A stretch of 64,000 nt of DNA from Candidatus Woesearchaeota archaeon. GTDB taxonomy: Archaea; Nanobdellota; Nanobdellia; Woesearchaeales; 21-14-0-10-32-9. The stretch lies in assembly GCA_047602735.1 (NCBI GenBank), contig JBLKOK010000004.1, forward strand, positions 81,033 through 145,032, written 5' to 3'. The notes under the pieces were generated by a model. The model was given only the letters and a program-made list of their open reading frames with translations, did not search any database and was not told the DNA's origin. The stretch's first letter is position 1. Each line of letters opens with the position of its first letter. Positions 10,799 through 22,227 of this stretch are shown piece by piece. The translations under genes and the position numbers were made by a program.

Positions 10799-11530
10799 AT
10801 GGCATCAAGTTCAGTTGAAGTATTAATAGAAGGTGGAAAAGCAACGGCTGCTCCTCCATTAGGTCCAGCTCTAGGTCCTATGGGTGTAAATATTGGGCAA
10901 GTAGTTGCGGATATAAATAAAAAAACCGCGGATTTTAAAGGAATGCAAGTTCCTGTTAAAGTTACAGTAGATTCAGATACAAAGGAATATGAGATATCTA
11001 TAGGTACGCCTCCTGCTAGCGCTTTAGTGAAGCAAGAAGCTAAGGTAAAAAAGGCGAGTGGTAATCCTCAAAAAGAATTTGTAGGAAACTTAAAGATTGA
11101 GCAAATAATAAAGATTGCTAAGATGAAGGAAGATTCTTTATCTGGTAAGGATTTAAAACAAAAAGTAAAAGAAATCATAGGTACTTGTAGGAGTATGGGT
11201 GTTAAGGTTGAAGACGTAATTGCATCTGAGGCAATAGCAGCTGTAAATGAAGGTAAGTATGATGCTGAAATCAAAGCAGAAAAAACTGAGATTTCAGAGG
11301 AGGAACTAAAAGCTTTAGAAGAAGAACGTAAAAAGCTTAATGCTGAAATTGAGGCAAAAAGAGCTCAGTATGAGGCTAAAGCTAAAAAGTTAATTGAAGA
11401 AAATAAGGATAAGGCTATAGAAGAAATAAGGGAAGTCTTATTAGAAGAAGGTATTCCTGAAATTATAATTAATAAATTAGCACCTAGAACAGGCGATAAG
11501 AAAAAGTCTGCTGGTGGAAAAGGTAAGTAA
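10799..11530 (+). CDS. rpl11: 50S ribosomal protein L11 with charged C-terminal extension
   Basis: GGKATAAPPLGPALGP and GTCRSMGV, then about 80 extra residues. Confidence 0.95.
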   Translation: MASSSVEVLIEGGKATAAPPLGPALGPMGVNIGQVVADINKKTADFKGMQVPVKVTVDSDTKEYEISIGTPPASALVKQEAKVKKASGNPQKEFVGNLKIEQIIKIAKMKEDSLSGKDLKQKVKEIIGTCRSMGVKVEDVIASEAIAAVNEGKYDAEIKAEKTEISEEELKALEEERKKLNAEIEAKRAQYEAKAKKLIEENKDKAIEEIREVLLEEGIPEIIINKLAPRTGDKKKSAGGKGK

Positions 11531-11532
11531 AA

Positions 11533-11820
11533 ATGGCAAGGAAAGGCGGTTTAAGAAGAAGTAAAAGAGCAACATACTCTAAGAATATTAAAACTAAGGG
11601 AAAGATTAGTTTAAAGAATTTTTTAAGGGAGTTTAAACAAGGTGAAAAAGTAAATCTTACTTTAGAGCCTGCTGTTCTTGGTGGTCAATATCATCCTAGG
11701 TTTTTAGGTAAATCTGGTGTTGTTATTGGAAAACAAGGTAGCTGTTACAAAGTTAAAATAAAAGATTTTGATAAAGAAAAGGAGTTAATTGTTCATCCTA
11801 TTCATATGAGGCGAGCTTAA
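11533..11820 (+). CDS. rpl21e: 50S ribosomal protein L21e
   Basis: HPRFLGKSG and IVHPIHM; L21e-rpoF-DUF655 synteny. Confidence 0.93.
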   Translation: MARKGGLRRSKRATYSKNIKTKGKISLKNFLREFKQGEKVNLTLEPAVLGGQYHPRFLGKSGVVIGKQGSCYKVKIKDFDKEKELIVHPIHMRRA

Positions 11821-12171
11821 ATGTTAAATGTTAATGTTATTGATAAAGAACCTCTTGGTTTAGCTGAGTTAAAAGAAGAATTAGCTAAAATTCAAAAAAG
11901 AGATGAAGAACTTGGTTTTAGAAGTGGTAAGACTATGGAGTATGTAAATAGTTTTAGCACGTTAGATATTAAAACTTTTAATGAGGTAAAAGATGCTCTT
12001 AAGGCTTTAGATATTCCTAGGTTGAAAGATGAACACATCGTTAAAATAGTGGATTTAATGCCTATTAATGTGGCTGATTTAGATGTTATACTTCAAGGTT
12101 ATCCTATTACTATTTCTAAGGAAAATCAGGCCAAGATCGTTGAGACGGTTTCTGGTTTTAGAAAAGCTTAA
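11821..12171 (+). CDS. rpoF: RNA polymerase subunit F (Rpo4)
   Basis: KIVDLMP HRDC-like motif and conserved synteny. Confidence 0.85.
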   Translation: MLNVNVIDKEPLGLAELKEELAKIQKRDEELGFRSGKTMEYVNSFSTLDIKTFNEVKDALKALDIPRLKDEHIVKIVDLMPINVADLDVILQGYPITISKENQAKIVETVSGFRKA

Positions 12172-12249
12172 CTTTTTTTTTTAAACAAAACCATTAAATA
12201 CTTGTTTTCTATTATTTTTATTATATGAAGATTGGAGGAGTGATGAATT

Positions 12250-12804
12250 ATGCAAAAAAAATATGAAGAAAATGTCGTTGTACTAGACTTTTTAGCGAAT
12301 GGTTATGTTAGAGATAAGAGTCCTATTCATTTAAAAACTCCTATAGTTCAAGGTATTGGTACTAATAATTTTACTTTACTTGAGCTTGTTCCTAAGAAAG
12401 GTGTTTTTTTACAGCTTCATGATAATGTTTATATTGGTGAAAATAAAAGGGATAAAATTCATCATATTAATGGTAAGTTATCTTATCAAAAGCTTACAAG
12501 TACTGCTAAAGCGGAGTTAGAGCATGCTATAATTGATATAATAAGGGGTGATGAGCAAAGATTTGTTAAGTTTTTTAATACGGCTCAGCCTTTAAATACC
12601 AGGATTCATTTAATTGAGTTATTGCCGGGTGTTGGTAAAAAGCATATGCTTGAGATTATTGATAAAAGAAGGGATGCTTTATTTGAGGATTTTGCAGATC
12701 TTAAAGCTAGGGTTAAGCTTATGCCTGATCCTGAGAAGGTTATTACTAAGAGGATTATTCAAGAGCTTCAAGGTTTAGAAAAGTATAATTTGTTTGTTCG
12801 TTAA
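12250..12804 (+). CDS. DUF655 family nucleic-acid-binding protein
   Basis: FTLLEL, HhH ELLPGVGKK, KYNLFV. Confidence 0.9.
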   Translation: MQKKYEENVVVLDFLANGYVRDKSPIHLKTPIVQGIGTNNFTLLELVPKKGVFLQLHDNVYIGENKRDKIHHINGKLSYQKLTSTAKAELEHAIIDIIRGDEQRFVKFFNTAQPLNTRIHLIELLPGVGKKHMLEIIDKRRDALFEDFADLKARVKLMPDPEKVITKRIIQELQGLEKYNLFVR

Positions 12805-12870
12805 ATTATTCTTTTTTTTAAAAGATTTAAGTTCTATATAGAAGTTATTTATTATAAAAAAAAATAAAAA

Positions 12871-13425
12871 TTATTTTTTATTCTTTTGTCTTGTTTTTTC
12901 GCTTCCAAGTCCTTTATGTCTAAGTCCTCTGCTCTTTTTACCTGAGCTTGTAAGTCCTCTAAACACTCTTCCTTTGGTTAAAAAAGTCCAATAAACATTC
13001 TTATCGCTTAGTACTCTTGGATGGGTTGCATCAACTAAGATTACTTCGTACCAGGCTGATTGTCCGTCTTGATCTACATAGTAGCTGTTTAGAACTTCGC
13101 AGTTAACATATTTTCTTTGTACTCTCTCTTCTGCTATTCTTTGGTAGTTTTTATCAACGACTTTATTTCTCCCACTAGCACCAGGTCTTCTTCCTCCTGC
13201 TACTTTCTCGGTCATTCTACCTCCTCTTTTAACTCTTTGTCTAACAACTAAGAATCCTTGTTTAGCTTTATATCCTAAACTTTTTGCTCTATCAAGTCTT
13301 GTTGGATGATCAACTCTTACTGTGGCTGGTTGTTTTCTCCATTCAATCTTTCTTTGTTTTTTTTGTTCTAAGAGTTCTTTACTTGGTTTTTTCCAAGCGT
13401 CTCTTAAATATTTTAAATATCCCAT
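12871..13425 (-). CDS. rpl15e: 50S ribosomal protein L15e
   Basis: PTRLDRAKSLGYKAKQG, VLNSYYV, RGLTSSG. Confidence 0.96.
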   Translation of the reverse strand: MGYLKYLRDAWKKPSKELLEQKKQRKIEWRKQPATVRVDHPTRLDRAKSLGYKAKQGFLVVRQRVKRGGRMTEKVAGGRRPGASGRNKVVDKNYQRIAEERVQRKYVNCEVLNSYYVDQDGQSAWYEVILVDATHPRVLSDKNVYWTFLTKGRVFRGLTSSGKKSRGLRHKGLGSEKTRQKNKK

Positions 13426-13459
13426 TTTATTTGTCCTCCAAATTTTTTACTAGTTTTTA

Positions 13460-13497
13460 TTAGATTTTCAGGGAAGACACTCCCCACATCAATCTAA
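13460..13497 (-). promoter_or_regulatory. Candidate r-protein leader hairpin in the rpl15e 5' region
   Basis: Minus strand TTAGATT-gatgt-GGGGAG-tgt-CTTCCC-tgaa-AATCTAA, a GC-rich two-stem hairpin in AT-rich DNA upstream of the GGAGG RBS. Confidence 0.5.
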
Positions 13498-13516
13498 CTT
13501 ATTATAAGACAAAAAA

Positions 13517-13948
13517 TTATTTGTCTTCTTTTTTATCGTTCTTTTCTTCTGATTTTGTTTTAGTTTCAGCCTTCTTATCTTCTTCTTTTGGCTCTTCTTC
13601 TTTATTATTTGTTTTTAGAGCTTCTTGAAGTTTTCCTTTAAGACCTGTTGGTTGTTCGTTAACTTCTGTTTGAACTTGTTCAACTTTGTATTCTTTTCCT
13701 GCAATTTCAGCTGTAACAAAATCATCGTGTTTTATTGCAATAACGCTTACTTTTCCTGGTGGATTTTTTATTCCATTTTGCCAAACATATTCATTTAAGT
13801 GTTTTCCAAGTCTTACATCTTCTGATTTCATATGTTTACTTAGATATGACTTAATAGTTGATATTGCTCTTTTAGCTCTTCTATATTTTGGTACTTTAAC
13901 AAAATCTCTTCTCAGGGGAATTGTGTAATTTCTTTCTAATTTACTCAT
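13517..13948 (-). CDS. rpl31e: 50S ribosomal protein L31e with charged tail
   Basis: ERNYTIPLR, RAKRAI, LNEYVW..GI..PP. Confidence 0.95.
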   Translation of the reverse strand: MSKLERNYTIPLRRDFVKVPKYRRAKRAISTIKSYLSKHMKSEDVRLGKHLNEYVWQNGIKNPPGKVSVIAIKHDDFVTAEIAGKEYKVEQVQTEVNEQPTGLKGKLQEALKTNNKEEEPKEEDKKAETKTKSEEKNDKKEDK

Positions 13949-13960
13949 TTTAATTTACCT

Positions 13961-14137
13961 TTATGCTGTTTTAGTTTTATTTCTCTTCCAGCTTCTTTTA
14001 ACTTCTGTATGTCTTCCTGGGTGAACTTGTCTTCCTGCTCCATACATCTTTGGAACTGTCCAAAAAGGCGCCCATCTTGTTTGTTTTCCTTTCTTAGCAA
14101 GTCTTAATTTCTTGCTAACATGTGTGAATCTACTCAT
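13961..14137 (-). CDS. rpl39e: 50S ribosomal protein L39e (58 aa; absent from the ORF track)
   Basis: Hand translation MSRFTHVSKKLRLAKKGKQTRWAPFWTVPK...KRSWKRNKTKTA; ATGA overlap with rps19e; S19e-L39e-L31e synteny. Confidence 0.88.
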   Translation of the reverse strand: MSRFTHVSKKLRLAKKGKQTRWAPFWTVPKMYGAGRQVHPGRHTEVKRSWKRNKTKTA

Positions 14138-14559
14138 TTTTTGTCACCTTTAATTGCTTCTTTTGAAGCTTCTATGATTAATCTATTACCTTCGTTGGTT
14201 AAGATTTTTCCTTTATGAACTCCAATTTCTGCTTTTTGAATAAGTTTTTGTGATTCTAATTGTTGAGCAATTTTTCTAATATGATTTCTGCTTCCTGCAG
14301 TAAACTTTTCAGGTCTTACTCCTCTATTTTTTCTAGTTCCGTACTTAACACTTAGTTTATTAACGCCTATAGGTCCTAGTTTTTGTATTTTAAGTAACAT
14401 ACTAGCAGCTCTTGTATACCACCAGTCTTTATCTGTAGGTGGTCTTTGTTTACCATGTCCTGTTTTAACAAATTGTGCCCATTCAGGAGGACTGATTTTT
14501 CCATTTAGCTTTTTTGCTAATTTTTCTATTATTTTTTGACTTTCAATTTCTTGTTTCAT
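14134..14559 (-). CDS. rps19e: 30S ribosomal protein S19e
   Basis: PEWAQFVKTG, DWWYTRAAS, GPIGV. Confidence 0.96.
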   Translation of the reverse strand: MKQEIESQKIIEKLAKKLNGKISPPEWAQFVKTGHGKQRPPTDKDWWYTRAASMLLKIQKLGPIGVNKLSVKYGTRKNRGVRPEKFTAGSRNHIRKIAQQLESQKLIQKAEIGVHKGKILTNEGNRLIIEASKEAIKGDKK

Positions 14560-14643
14560 TATTATCTACCTTTTTATGTTCTGCTAGAACCTCTAAAACC
14601 CAATTAAAAGGATTGCCAAGACATTTAAAAAGGTTATGCTTTT

Positions 14644-14976
14644 TTACTGGTTAATTCGTTCTAAAATTAGTTTTATTTTGTTAATTGTTTTTTGTTGATC
14701 GTTTTTTGTTGATAATGCTATAAATTTTACTAATAATTCTTCTATTTCTTCTTTTTTAAAAAGTATTAGTTTATTTTCATCAATTAAGTAATACAATCTA
14801 AAATTTTTATACTTTAACTCTTTTATTATTAGGGTGCTGACTTTTCCTAGATATTTGCCTTTATAAGGATTTTCTCTAACAGTTTCTATTAAATTATATA
14901 TCTTAAGACTTTCTTTTTTAAATTTCTTATAAATATCATTTCTTAATGATTTAGAAATAATTATTTTAACGTTCAT
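14644..14976 (-). CDS. Putative RelE/ParE-like toxin
   Basis: ENPYKGK...IKELKYKNFRLYY RelE-like pattern; overlaps a small upstream antitoxin-like gene. Confidence 0.6.
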   Translation of the reverse strand: MNVKIIISKSLRNDIYKKFKKESLKIYNLIETVRENPYKGKYLGKVSTLIIKELKYKNFRLYYLIDENKLILFKKEEIEELLVKFIALSTKNDQQKTINKIKLILERINQ

Positions 14977-15175
14977 TTTTTATTTTAAGCTCGGTCCATT
15001 CTTTTGCATCTTCCAAACTTATAAACCTAGTTTCATCCATATATTCTCTAACTTCTTCTCTAATTAAAAGTTCTGAGTGCATTCTTTTAATTATGTCATC
15101 GTAGTTTTCGGACTTTTTTCCGTAATTTTTTAACAAATCTCTTGTTTTTTTACTAATAGATATAGTGGTATTCAT
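14966..15175 (-). CDS. Putative RHH-type antitoxin
   Basis: MNTTISISKKTRDLL...ENYDDII N-terminus shared with the other two antitoxins in the window. Confidence 0.65.
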   Translation of the reverse strand: MNTTISISKKTRDLLKNYGKKSENYDDIIKRMHSELLIREEVREYMDETRFISLEDAKEWTELKIKNER

Positions 15176-15254
15176 ATATTTATTATAATTATATATAATA
15201 TTTATATTTTTTTATTAGATAACTTTTATATTCTAACTATTATTATCTTATTTT

Positions 15255-17183
15255 ATGAATTTTGATTTAAAAGCTCCTTTTAAGCCAACTATTGCTCAGC
15301 AAGAAGTAATAGACAATTTATCTTCTGGCTTAAAAACTAGTTCTAAACAAACTCTTCTTGGAATAACAGGTAGTGGAAAAACTTTTGTTATGGCTAACAT
15401 AATAAAAAATTACGGAAAGCCTACACTTGTGCTTGCTCACAACAAGACTTTAGCAGCTCAATTATATCAAGAATTAAAAGAATTTTTCCCAAATAACGCA
15501 GTTGAGTACTTCATATCTTACTATGATTATTATCAGCCTGAGAGTTATCTTCCAACAACTGATACTTACATTGAAAAAGATGCTTCTATAAATGATCAAA
15601 TAGACATTTTAAGAAAAAGAGCAACTGCTTCGCTGCTTTCAAGAAAAGATGTAATAATAGTTGCTTCTGTTAGCTGTATTTATGGTCTTGGAGATCCAAG
15701 TATATACAAAAAGCTTAGTTTACAACTAAAACTAGGTCAAAAAACTAATCGTGAAGAACTAATAGCGTCTCTTATAAAAATGCAGTATGAGAGAAATGAT
15801 AATTATTTAGAGCCTGGAAATTTTAGGGTTAGAGCAGATGTCATTGACATAATTCCAAGCTATCAAGACGATATAATAAGAATAGAATTATTTGGTGATG
15901 AAATAGATAAAATAGCTAGGCTCAATGCTATATCTCATGAAAAACTTCAAGATCTAAATGAAGCCAAAATATTTCCTTCAAAACACTACGTGGTAGAAGA
16001 AAATGACTTAGAAGACGCTATAGTTAGTATAAGAGAAGAATTAGAAGAAACTCTTCCTTCATTAGATGATTTGGAAGCTCATAGATTAAAAAAAAGAGTG
16101 AATTACGACATAGAAATGCTTCAAGAGGTAGGTTATTGTTCAGGTATAGAAAATTATTCGAGGCATTTTGAAAAAAGAAAAAAAGGCTCAAGGCCTTACG
16201 TTTTATTAGATTTTTTTGATGAAGACTTCTTATTTTTAATAGATGAAAGCCACCAAACTCTTCCTCAAGTAAGAGGAATGTACAACGGAGATTATGCTAG
16301 GAAAAAAAACTTAGTAGACTTTGGCTTTAGACTTCCAAGTGCTTTTGATAACAGACCTTTAAAATTTAATGAGTTTGAGTCATTTCTAAATAAAGCAATA
16401 TTTGTATCTGCAACTCCTGCTGAATACGAACAAAAGAACAGCCAAAACATAGCTAAGCTAATAATTAGGCCAACTGGTCTTTTAGATCCTGAAGTTGAAG
16501 TACTTCCAACAAAAAACCAAATACCTGTTCTTGTAAAAAAAATAAAAGAAATAACAAAAAAAGGAAGGGTTCTAATAACAACGCTTACAAAAAAAATGGC
16601 AGAAGACCTAACAGAATTCTTAGCAAAAAAAGACATAAAAGTAAGATATATGCACTCTGATATTAACAGCTTGGACAGAATAGAGCTTGTAAGAAGTCTT
16701 AGAGCAAAAGACTTTGATGTGCTTGTTGGAATAAACTTACTAAGAGAAGGATTAGACTTGCCAGAAGTTGCATTAGTAGCAATACTTGATGCTGACAAAG
16801 AAGGATTTTTACGTGATGAAAGAAGCTTAATTCAAACCATGGGAAGAGCTGCAAGAAATAAAGACGGTAAAGTGATAATGTTTGCTGACACTACAACAAA
16901 AAGTATGCAAAGTGCAATAAACATAACTAGGCTTAGAAGAAAAAAACAAATAGCTTACAACAAAAAACACGGTATAACTCCAAAAACAGTTATAAAAGAA
17001 GTAAAACAAAAACAAAGAGAAATAAGCTCAATAAAACATTTATCTTCAACTGACATAAAAAAGAACTTATTAGAACTTGAGTCTGAAATGAAAAAAGCAG
17101 CAGAAAATTTAGATTTTGAAAAAGCAATAAAATTAAGAGATATGATAAAAAATATAACTCAAACATTAAATAAAAAACATTAA
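15255..17183 (+). CDS. uvrB: Excinuclease ABC subunit B
   Basis: [16 protein letters not shown] beta-hairpin, DESH, C-terminal UVR domain. Confidence 0.98.
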   Translation: MNFDLKAPFKPTIAQQEVIDNLSSGLKTSSKQTLLGITGSGKTFVMANIIKNYGKPTLVLAHNKTLAAQLYQELKEFFPNNAVEYFISYYDYYQPESYLPTTDTYIEKDASINDQIDILRKRATASLLSRKDVIIVASVSCIYGLGDPSIYKKLSLQLKLGQKTNREELIASLIKMQYERNDNYLEPGNFRVRADVIDIIPSYQDDIIRIELFGDEIDKIARLNAISHEKLQDLNEAKIFPSKHYVVEENDLEDAIVSIREELEETLPSLDDLEAHRLKKRVNYDIEMLQEVGYCSGIENYSRHFEKRKKGSRPYVLLDFFDEDFLFLIDESHQTLPQVRGMYNGDYARKKNLVDFGFRLPSAFDNRPLKFNEFESFLNKAIFVSATPAEYEQKNSQNIAKLIIRPTGLLDPEVEVLPTKNQIPVLVKKIKEITKKGRVLITTLTKKMAEDLTEFLAKKDIKVRYMHSDINSLDRIELVRSLRAKDFDVLVGINLLREGLDLPEVALVAILDADKEGFLRDERSLIQTMGRAARNKDGKVIMFADTTTKSMQSAINITRLRRKKQIAYNKKHGITPKTVIKEVKQKQREISSIKHLSSTDIKKNLLELESEMKKAAENLDFEKAIKLRDMIKNITQTLNKKH

Positions 17184-17204
17184 TAATAACTTCTATTTTC
17201 TCTT

Positions 17205-20051
17205 GTGTTAATGTTAAAAGATATAATCATAAAAGGGGCAAGAGAACACAACTTAAAAAACATAGATGTTACAATTCCTAGAAATAAATTAACAGTTATA
17301 ACTGGACTTTCTGGCTCAGGGAAATCTTCTCTTGCTTTTGATACTATATATGCTGAGGGTCAAAGAAGATATGTTGAAAGCTTAAGTGCTTACGCAAGAC
17401 AATTCTTAGGTTTGATGCAAAAGCCTGACCTTGACTCAATTGAGGGCTTGAGTCCTGCTATATCTATTGAACAAAAGACAACAAGTAAAAATCCAAGAAG
17501 CACAGTTGGAACTGTAACAGAAATATATGATTATTTAAGATTAATATATGCGAGGATAGGAATTGCTCATTGTCCTAAATGTGATAGTAAAATACAACCT
17601 CAAAGCGCAGAAAACATAGTTAACTTATTGCTCTCTGAAGAAAAAGAAATAATGATTCTCGCTCCTTTAGTAAGAGGACTTAAAGGAACTTATGAAAAAT
17701 TATTAGATGACATAAAAAAAGAGGGGTATACTAGGATAAGAGTTGATGGTCAAATACTAAGAGTTGATGAAACAAATTCTTTAAACTTAGAACGTTACGA
17801 AAAACATTGGATAGAAATAGTAATTGACAGACTAGTTACTAATCAAGATAACAAATCAAGATTAACAGAAGCAGTAGAACATGCTTTAGCTAAAGGAAAT
17901 GAAACAATAATCGTAATAGATAAAGACACACCAAGTAAAGTAAAAGAAATAGAACGTGCTAAATATGAAACGGTTTATTCTAGTTTTGGTGCTTGTCCAA
18001 ATCATCCTGAAATAGTTTTTGAACAATTAGAACCAAGGATGTTTAGTTTTAACTCTCCTTTTGGTGCTTGTCACAGCTGTCATGGAATTGGAGAAAGATT
18101 AGTTATAAGTGAAGAATTAGTAGTGCCTGACAAATCTAAATCAATAATTGATGGCGCAATAAAAGTGTATGGTAGATTAGATCTTAAATGGAGAAGTCAA
18201 CAATTAGCTGTTGTTGGAAAAAAATTTGGATTTGACTTATTTATGCCTATTAAAGATTTTTCTAAACAACAATTAGACGTATTATTTTATGGTTCTGATA
18301 AAAAAATAGATGGCAATTGGAGTAACGGTGCATCTATGAGTATGGATTCGGGCTTTGAAGGTGTAATAAATCAAACAACTAGGCTTTATAGTCAAACTGA
18401 AAGTCCTCAAAGAAAAGAATTTTATGAAAAATTCATGGTTTCAAAACCTTGTAATTCTTGTAATGGCATGCGTCTTAGACCTAAAATGTTAGCTGTTAAA
18501 ATAAATTCCAAGTCAATAATAGATGTAACTGATATGAGTATAGCTGAATCTAAAAAGTTCTTTGAAGAATTAGAACAAAAATTATCTGATAAAGAACGTT
18601 TTATAGCAAAACAAGTATTAAAAGAAATAAAAGACCGCTTATTATTCTTGTACAACGTAGGCTTAGATTATTTAACTCTTTCAAGAACTGCAAGAACTCT
18701 CTCAGGTGGGGAGGCTCAAAGAATAAGACTTGCAACCCAAATAGGCGCAAACCTTATGGGTGTATTATATGTTTTAGATGAACCTTCAATTGGTCTGCAT
18801 CAAAGAGATAACGAAAAACTTTTAGCCACACTAAAAAGATTAAGGGATCTTGGAAACACACTAATAGTAGTGGAGCATGATGAAGATACAATGTTTGCTG
18901 CAGATCACATAATAGACATGGGTCCTGGTGCAGGAATTCACGGAGGAGAAATATGTGCTTTTGGTTCTCCTGACGAGGTTGCAAACTCAAACACCTTAAC
19001 GGGCAAGTATCTAAGTAAAAAAATTAAGATTGAAACACCAAAAAAATACAGGGAATCAAAAGAATCAATAAAATTATTTGGCGCAACTCAAAATAACTTA
19101 AAAAATATTGACGTAGAATTTCCAACAAGGATACTTTGTTCAATAACAGGAGTAAGTGGTTCTGGAAAAAGTACGCTTATGACTCAAACATTAATACCTG
19201 CTTTAAAAAAAGAACTTTCAAAATCAACTGATTTTATAGATAACTATAAATCAATAAAAATTCCGAGTTCAGTAAGAGATATACTTGTAATTGATCAAGA
19301 ACCAATAGGAAAAACTCCAAGGAGTAATCCTGCAACTTACACAAAACTATTTGATGACATAAGGGCTTTATTTGCAAAAACAAAAGAAGCAAAAACTAGG
19401 GGTTACAAACCTGGTAGGTTTTCATTTAACGTAAAAGGTGGAAGATGTGAAACTTGTAAAGGTGATGGTCAAATAAAAATAGAGATGAATTTTTTACCAG
19501 ACGTATTCGTAAAATGTGATGATTGTCAAGGAAAAAGATACAACAAAGAAACTCTGCAAGTAACATATAAATCTAAAAACATAGCTGATGTGTTAGCTAT
19601 GAGTGTTGAGGAAGCTCTAAGTTTCTTTGAAAATCATTCTTCTATGAAAAGAAAATTAAAAACACTATTTGATGTTGGACTGGGGTATATTAAGCTTGGT
19701 CAAAGCTCAACAACTCTATCTGGTGGGGAAAGCCAAAGAATAAAACTAACTCGTGAACTTGCTAAAGTAAAAAAAGGAAACACCTTATACTTATTAGATG
19801 AACCTACTACTGGTCTTCACTTTGAAGACATAAGAAAACTAATTGCTGTTTTAAACAGACTTGTAGATAAAGGAAACACAGTGTATGTTATAGAGCACAA
19901 TTTAGATGTTGTAAAAAGTTCTGATTACGTAATAGATCTAGGTCCTGAAGGTGGTCAAAAAGGAGGAAAAATAATAGCTCTTGGTTCTCCTAAAGAAATT
20001 GCAAATAACAAAAAATCAATAACTGGCAAGTTCTTAAAGTCATTAGTTTAG
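17205..20051 (+). CDS. uvrA: Excinuclease ABC subunit A (likely start ATG 17211)
   Basis: Two ABC ATPase sites ([16 protein letters not shown]), LSGGE motifs, zinc fingers. Confidence 0.98.
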   Translation: MLMLKDIIIKGAREHNLKNIDVTIPRNKLTVITGLSGSGKSSLAFDTIYAEGQRRYVESLSAYARQFLGLMQKPDLDSIEGLSPAISIEQKTTSKNPRSTVGTVTEIYDYLRLIYARIGIAHCPKCDSKIQPQSAENIVNLLLSEEKEIMILAPLVRGLKGTYEKLLDDIKKEGYTRIRVDGQILRVDETNSLNLERYEKHWIEIVIDRLVTNQDNKSRLTEAVEHALAKGNETIIVIDKDTPSKVKEIERAKYETVYSSFGACPNHPEIVFEQLEPRMFSFNSPFGACHSCHGIGERLVISEELVVPDKSKSIIDGAIKVYGRLDLKWRSQQLAVVGKKFGFDLFMPIKDFSKQQLDVLFYGSDKKIDGNWSNGASMSMDSGFEGVINQTTRLYSQTESPQRKEFYEKFMVSKPCNSCNGMRLRPKMLAVKINSKSIIDVTDMSIAESKKFFEELEQKLSDKERFIAKQVLKEIKDRLLFLYNVGLDYLTLSRTARTLSGGEAQRIRLATQIGANLMGVLYVLDEPSIGLHQRDNEKLLATLKRLRDLGNTLIVVEHDEDTMFAADHIIDMGPGAGIHGGEICAFGSPDEVANSNTLTGKYLSKKIKIETPKKYRESKESIKLFGATQNNLKNIDVEFPTRILCSITGVSGSGKSTLMTQTLIPALKKELSKSTDFIDNYKSIKIPSSVRDILVIDQEPIGKTPRSNPATYTKLFDDIRALFAKTKEAKTRGYKPGRFSFNVKGGRCETCKGDGQIKIEMNFLPDVFVKCDDCQGKRYNKETLQVTYKSKNIADVLAMSVEEALSFFENHSSMKRKLKTLFDVGLGYIKLGQSSTTLSGGESQRIKLTRELAKVKKGNTLYLLDEPTTGLHFEDIRKLIAVLNRLVDKGNTVYVIEHNLDVVKSSDYVIDLGPEGGQKGGKIIALGSPKEIANNKKSITGKFLKSLV

Positions 20052-20363
20052 ACTAAGAGATATCTTTAAGGATTCATCTAAATTTTTAAGTTCTTCGGCT
20101 GTTATCTTACCAATTTTTTTTATTATTCTAATTTTATCTATAGTTCTTATTTGTCCACAATCTGCTCTACTATTTCCTTCTATTAATACATCAGTTGGGT
20201 ATATCTTAGAAATATTAGTTGTTAGTGGAACTATTATAGTTGTAGATCCGAAAGTATTTCCTATATCGTTTTGAACTATTATGCAAGGTCTTGTTTTTCC
20301 TTGTTCAGATCCTTTAACTGGGTCAAGTGAAACTAGTACTTTATCTCCACGTTGTATCTGCAT
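20043..20363 (-). CDS. MazF/PemK family endoribonuclease toxin
   Basis: RGD...LDPVKGSEQGKTRPCIIVQND, QIRTIDK.R. Confidence 0.92.
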   Translation of the reverse strand: MQIQRGDKVLVSLDPVKGSEQGKTRPCIIVQNDIGNTFGSTTIIVPLTTNISKIYPTDVLIEGNSRADCGQIRTIDKIRIIKKIGKITAEELKNLDESLKISLSLN

Positions 20364-20553
20364 TTTCCCACTCTTTATTTAGCTCTTTGTGTTCTTTTGA
20401 TCTTGCGGTATATCCTTCAATTAACTCTTCTTTTAATACAAGTTCTTTAGCTAGGAGTCTATTTATTACAGTCTCGTAAGAATCTGACTTTGTTTTTTTT
20501 AACTTATTTAGTTTGTCTTTTGTTTCTTTTTTTATTTGTATAGATGTAATCAT
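20341..20553 (-). CDS. Antitoxin for the MazF toxin (RHH-like N-terminus)
   Basis: MITSIQIKKETKDKL...SYETVINRL; overlaps the toxin start. Confidence 0.75.
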   Translation of the reverse strand: MITSIQIKKETKDKLNKLKKTKSDSYETVINRLLAKELVLKEELIEGYTARSKEHKELNKEWENADTTWR

Positions 20554-20658
20554 AATTCTATAGGATATTCTATAGTTTATATATTTTTTGTTAAAAAAAT
20601 CGATAATCTTATGTATTATTTTGAAACATATTTAAACAACCACAAATTACATTAATTA

Positions 20659-22203
20659 ATGAAGAAACTACCAAAAAAGCCAGGTGTGTATTTATTTAAA
20701 GATTCTAAAGATAAAATAATATATGTGGGTAAGGCTAAAGACTTACAAAAAAGAGTATCTTCTTATTTCTCTGACAAAGTTCAAAGTCCAAAAACAAAAG
20801 TGTTGGCTAAGCAAATAAAAAACACGGATTATTTTATAACAAATAACGAAGTAGAAGCACTTCTATTAGAAAACAAGTTAATAAAAGAACACTCACCAAA
20901 ATATAATATAAACTTAAAAGATGACAAAACTTATGCTTACATAAAAATAACTGATGAAAAATTTCCAAGAATAATTTCTACTAGAAGAATAACAAAAAAA
21001 GGGGATTACTTCGGACCTTATCCTGATGGCTATAAAAGATCTTTGATAGTAAAAATATTAAACAAACACTTCAAGCTTTGCACAAAAAATTGTATGAATT
21101 CAAAATCAACACTAAGCTACGATATAGGTCTTTGCTGCGGGGCATGTATTGGAAAAGAATCTCAAAAAGACTATTTGGAAAGAATAAAAAAAGCAAAAGA
21201 AGCATTAAAAGGAAGCATAACTAGCTTAGAAAATGAAGCTAAAAAAAACTTAAAAAAATATATTGATTTACAACAATATGAACTAGCTAAACAAGAAAAA
21301 GAAGTATTAGACTCAATACAAATACTATCTTTAAAACAACAAGTAGATGAAATAAAAAATATTAACCAGGATGTAGTGGCTATACTAAAAACAAAAAACT
21401 ACTCTTATTTCTCTATTCTACATATAAAAAAAGGAACAATACTAAACAAAGAAAACTTCAAGCTAGAAAATGAGGATTTAATCTTCTCAAAATTTTTATC
21501 TGGGTATTATTATCAAAACGAGATACCTCATGAAATAATTGTATCTGAAGACTTTTGGCAAGACAAAAAAGAAAAAGAAATACTAGAAAACTACTTAGAA
21601 AGTTTAGCAAAAAGAAAAATAACTATTACTCATCCATTAAAAGGAGATAAAAAAAAGTTAATTGAACTTGCAATAAAAAACTTAGATAACTCAGATGAAG
21701 CAATATTAAAACTATTAAAAGAAAAACTAAACTTGGATGTTATACCTAAAAAAATAGAATGCTTTGACGTATCTAATCTTAAAAATAATTTCATAGTCGC
21801 AGGAATGACTAGCTTCGTAAACGCAAAGCCATACAAGCAAGGTTATAGACGGTTTAAAATAAAATCAAAGCAAACACAAGACGATTTTGCAGCAATAAAC
21901 GAAGTAGTTGGTAGAAGATACAACAAGCTCTCAAAAGAAGAACTACCTGACTTAGTAGTAATAGATGGGGGTCTTGGCCAATTAAAAGCAGCAAAACAAG
22001 CACTAAATACCCTAAACTTAGACTTAGAAATTATAAGTCTTGCAAAGCAAGAAGAAGAAATCTATGTTAAAGAAGAAGTATTAAGACTTGACAAATCAAA
22101 ACAACCATTACTATTTCTTAGAAGGGTAAGAGATGAAACGCATAGGTTTGCAATTGCGTATAACAAAAAGTTAAGATCTATGTCCTTAAAAAAAGATTTT
22201 TAA
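20659..22203 (+). CDS. uvrC: Excinuclease ABC subunit C (ends without the C-terminal HhH domain)
   Basis: GIY-YIG PGVYLF..IIYVGKAK; RNase H-like IECFDVS, IDGG.GQ, RDETHRFA. Confidence 0.96.
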   Translation: MKKLPKKPGVYLFKDSKDKIIYVGKAKDLQKRVSSYFSDKVQSPKTKVLAKQIKNTDYFITNNEVEALLLENKLIKEHSPKYNINLKDDKTYAYIKITDEKFPRIISTRRITKKGDYFGPYPDGYKRSLIVKILNKHFKLCTKNCMNSKSTLSYDIGLCCGACIGKESQKDYLERIKKAKEALKGSITSLENEAKKNLKKYIDLQQYELAKQEKEVLDSIQILSLKQQVDEIKNINQDVVAILKTKNYSYFSILHIKKGTILNKENFKLENEDLIFSKFLSGYYYQNEIPHEIIVSEDFWQDKKEKEILENYLESLAKRKITITHPLKGDKKKLIELAIKNLDNSDEAILKLLKEKLNLDVIPKKIECFDVSNLKNNFIVAGMTSFVNAKPYKQGYRRFKIKSKQTQDDFAAINEVVGRRYNKLSKEELPDLVVIDGGLGQLKAAKQALNTLNLDLEIISLAKQEEEIYVKEEVLRLDKSKQPLLFLRRVRDETHRFAIAYNKKLRSMSLKKDF

Positions 22204-22227
22204 ATACTTATTCCAATTATTAATTTT

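Noticed and set aside
14560-14610. Small hairpin GTTCT-agc-AGAAC upstream of rps19e
   Set aside because: A 5-bp stem is too weak to distinguish from chance.
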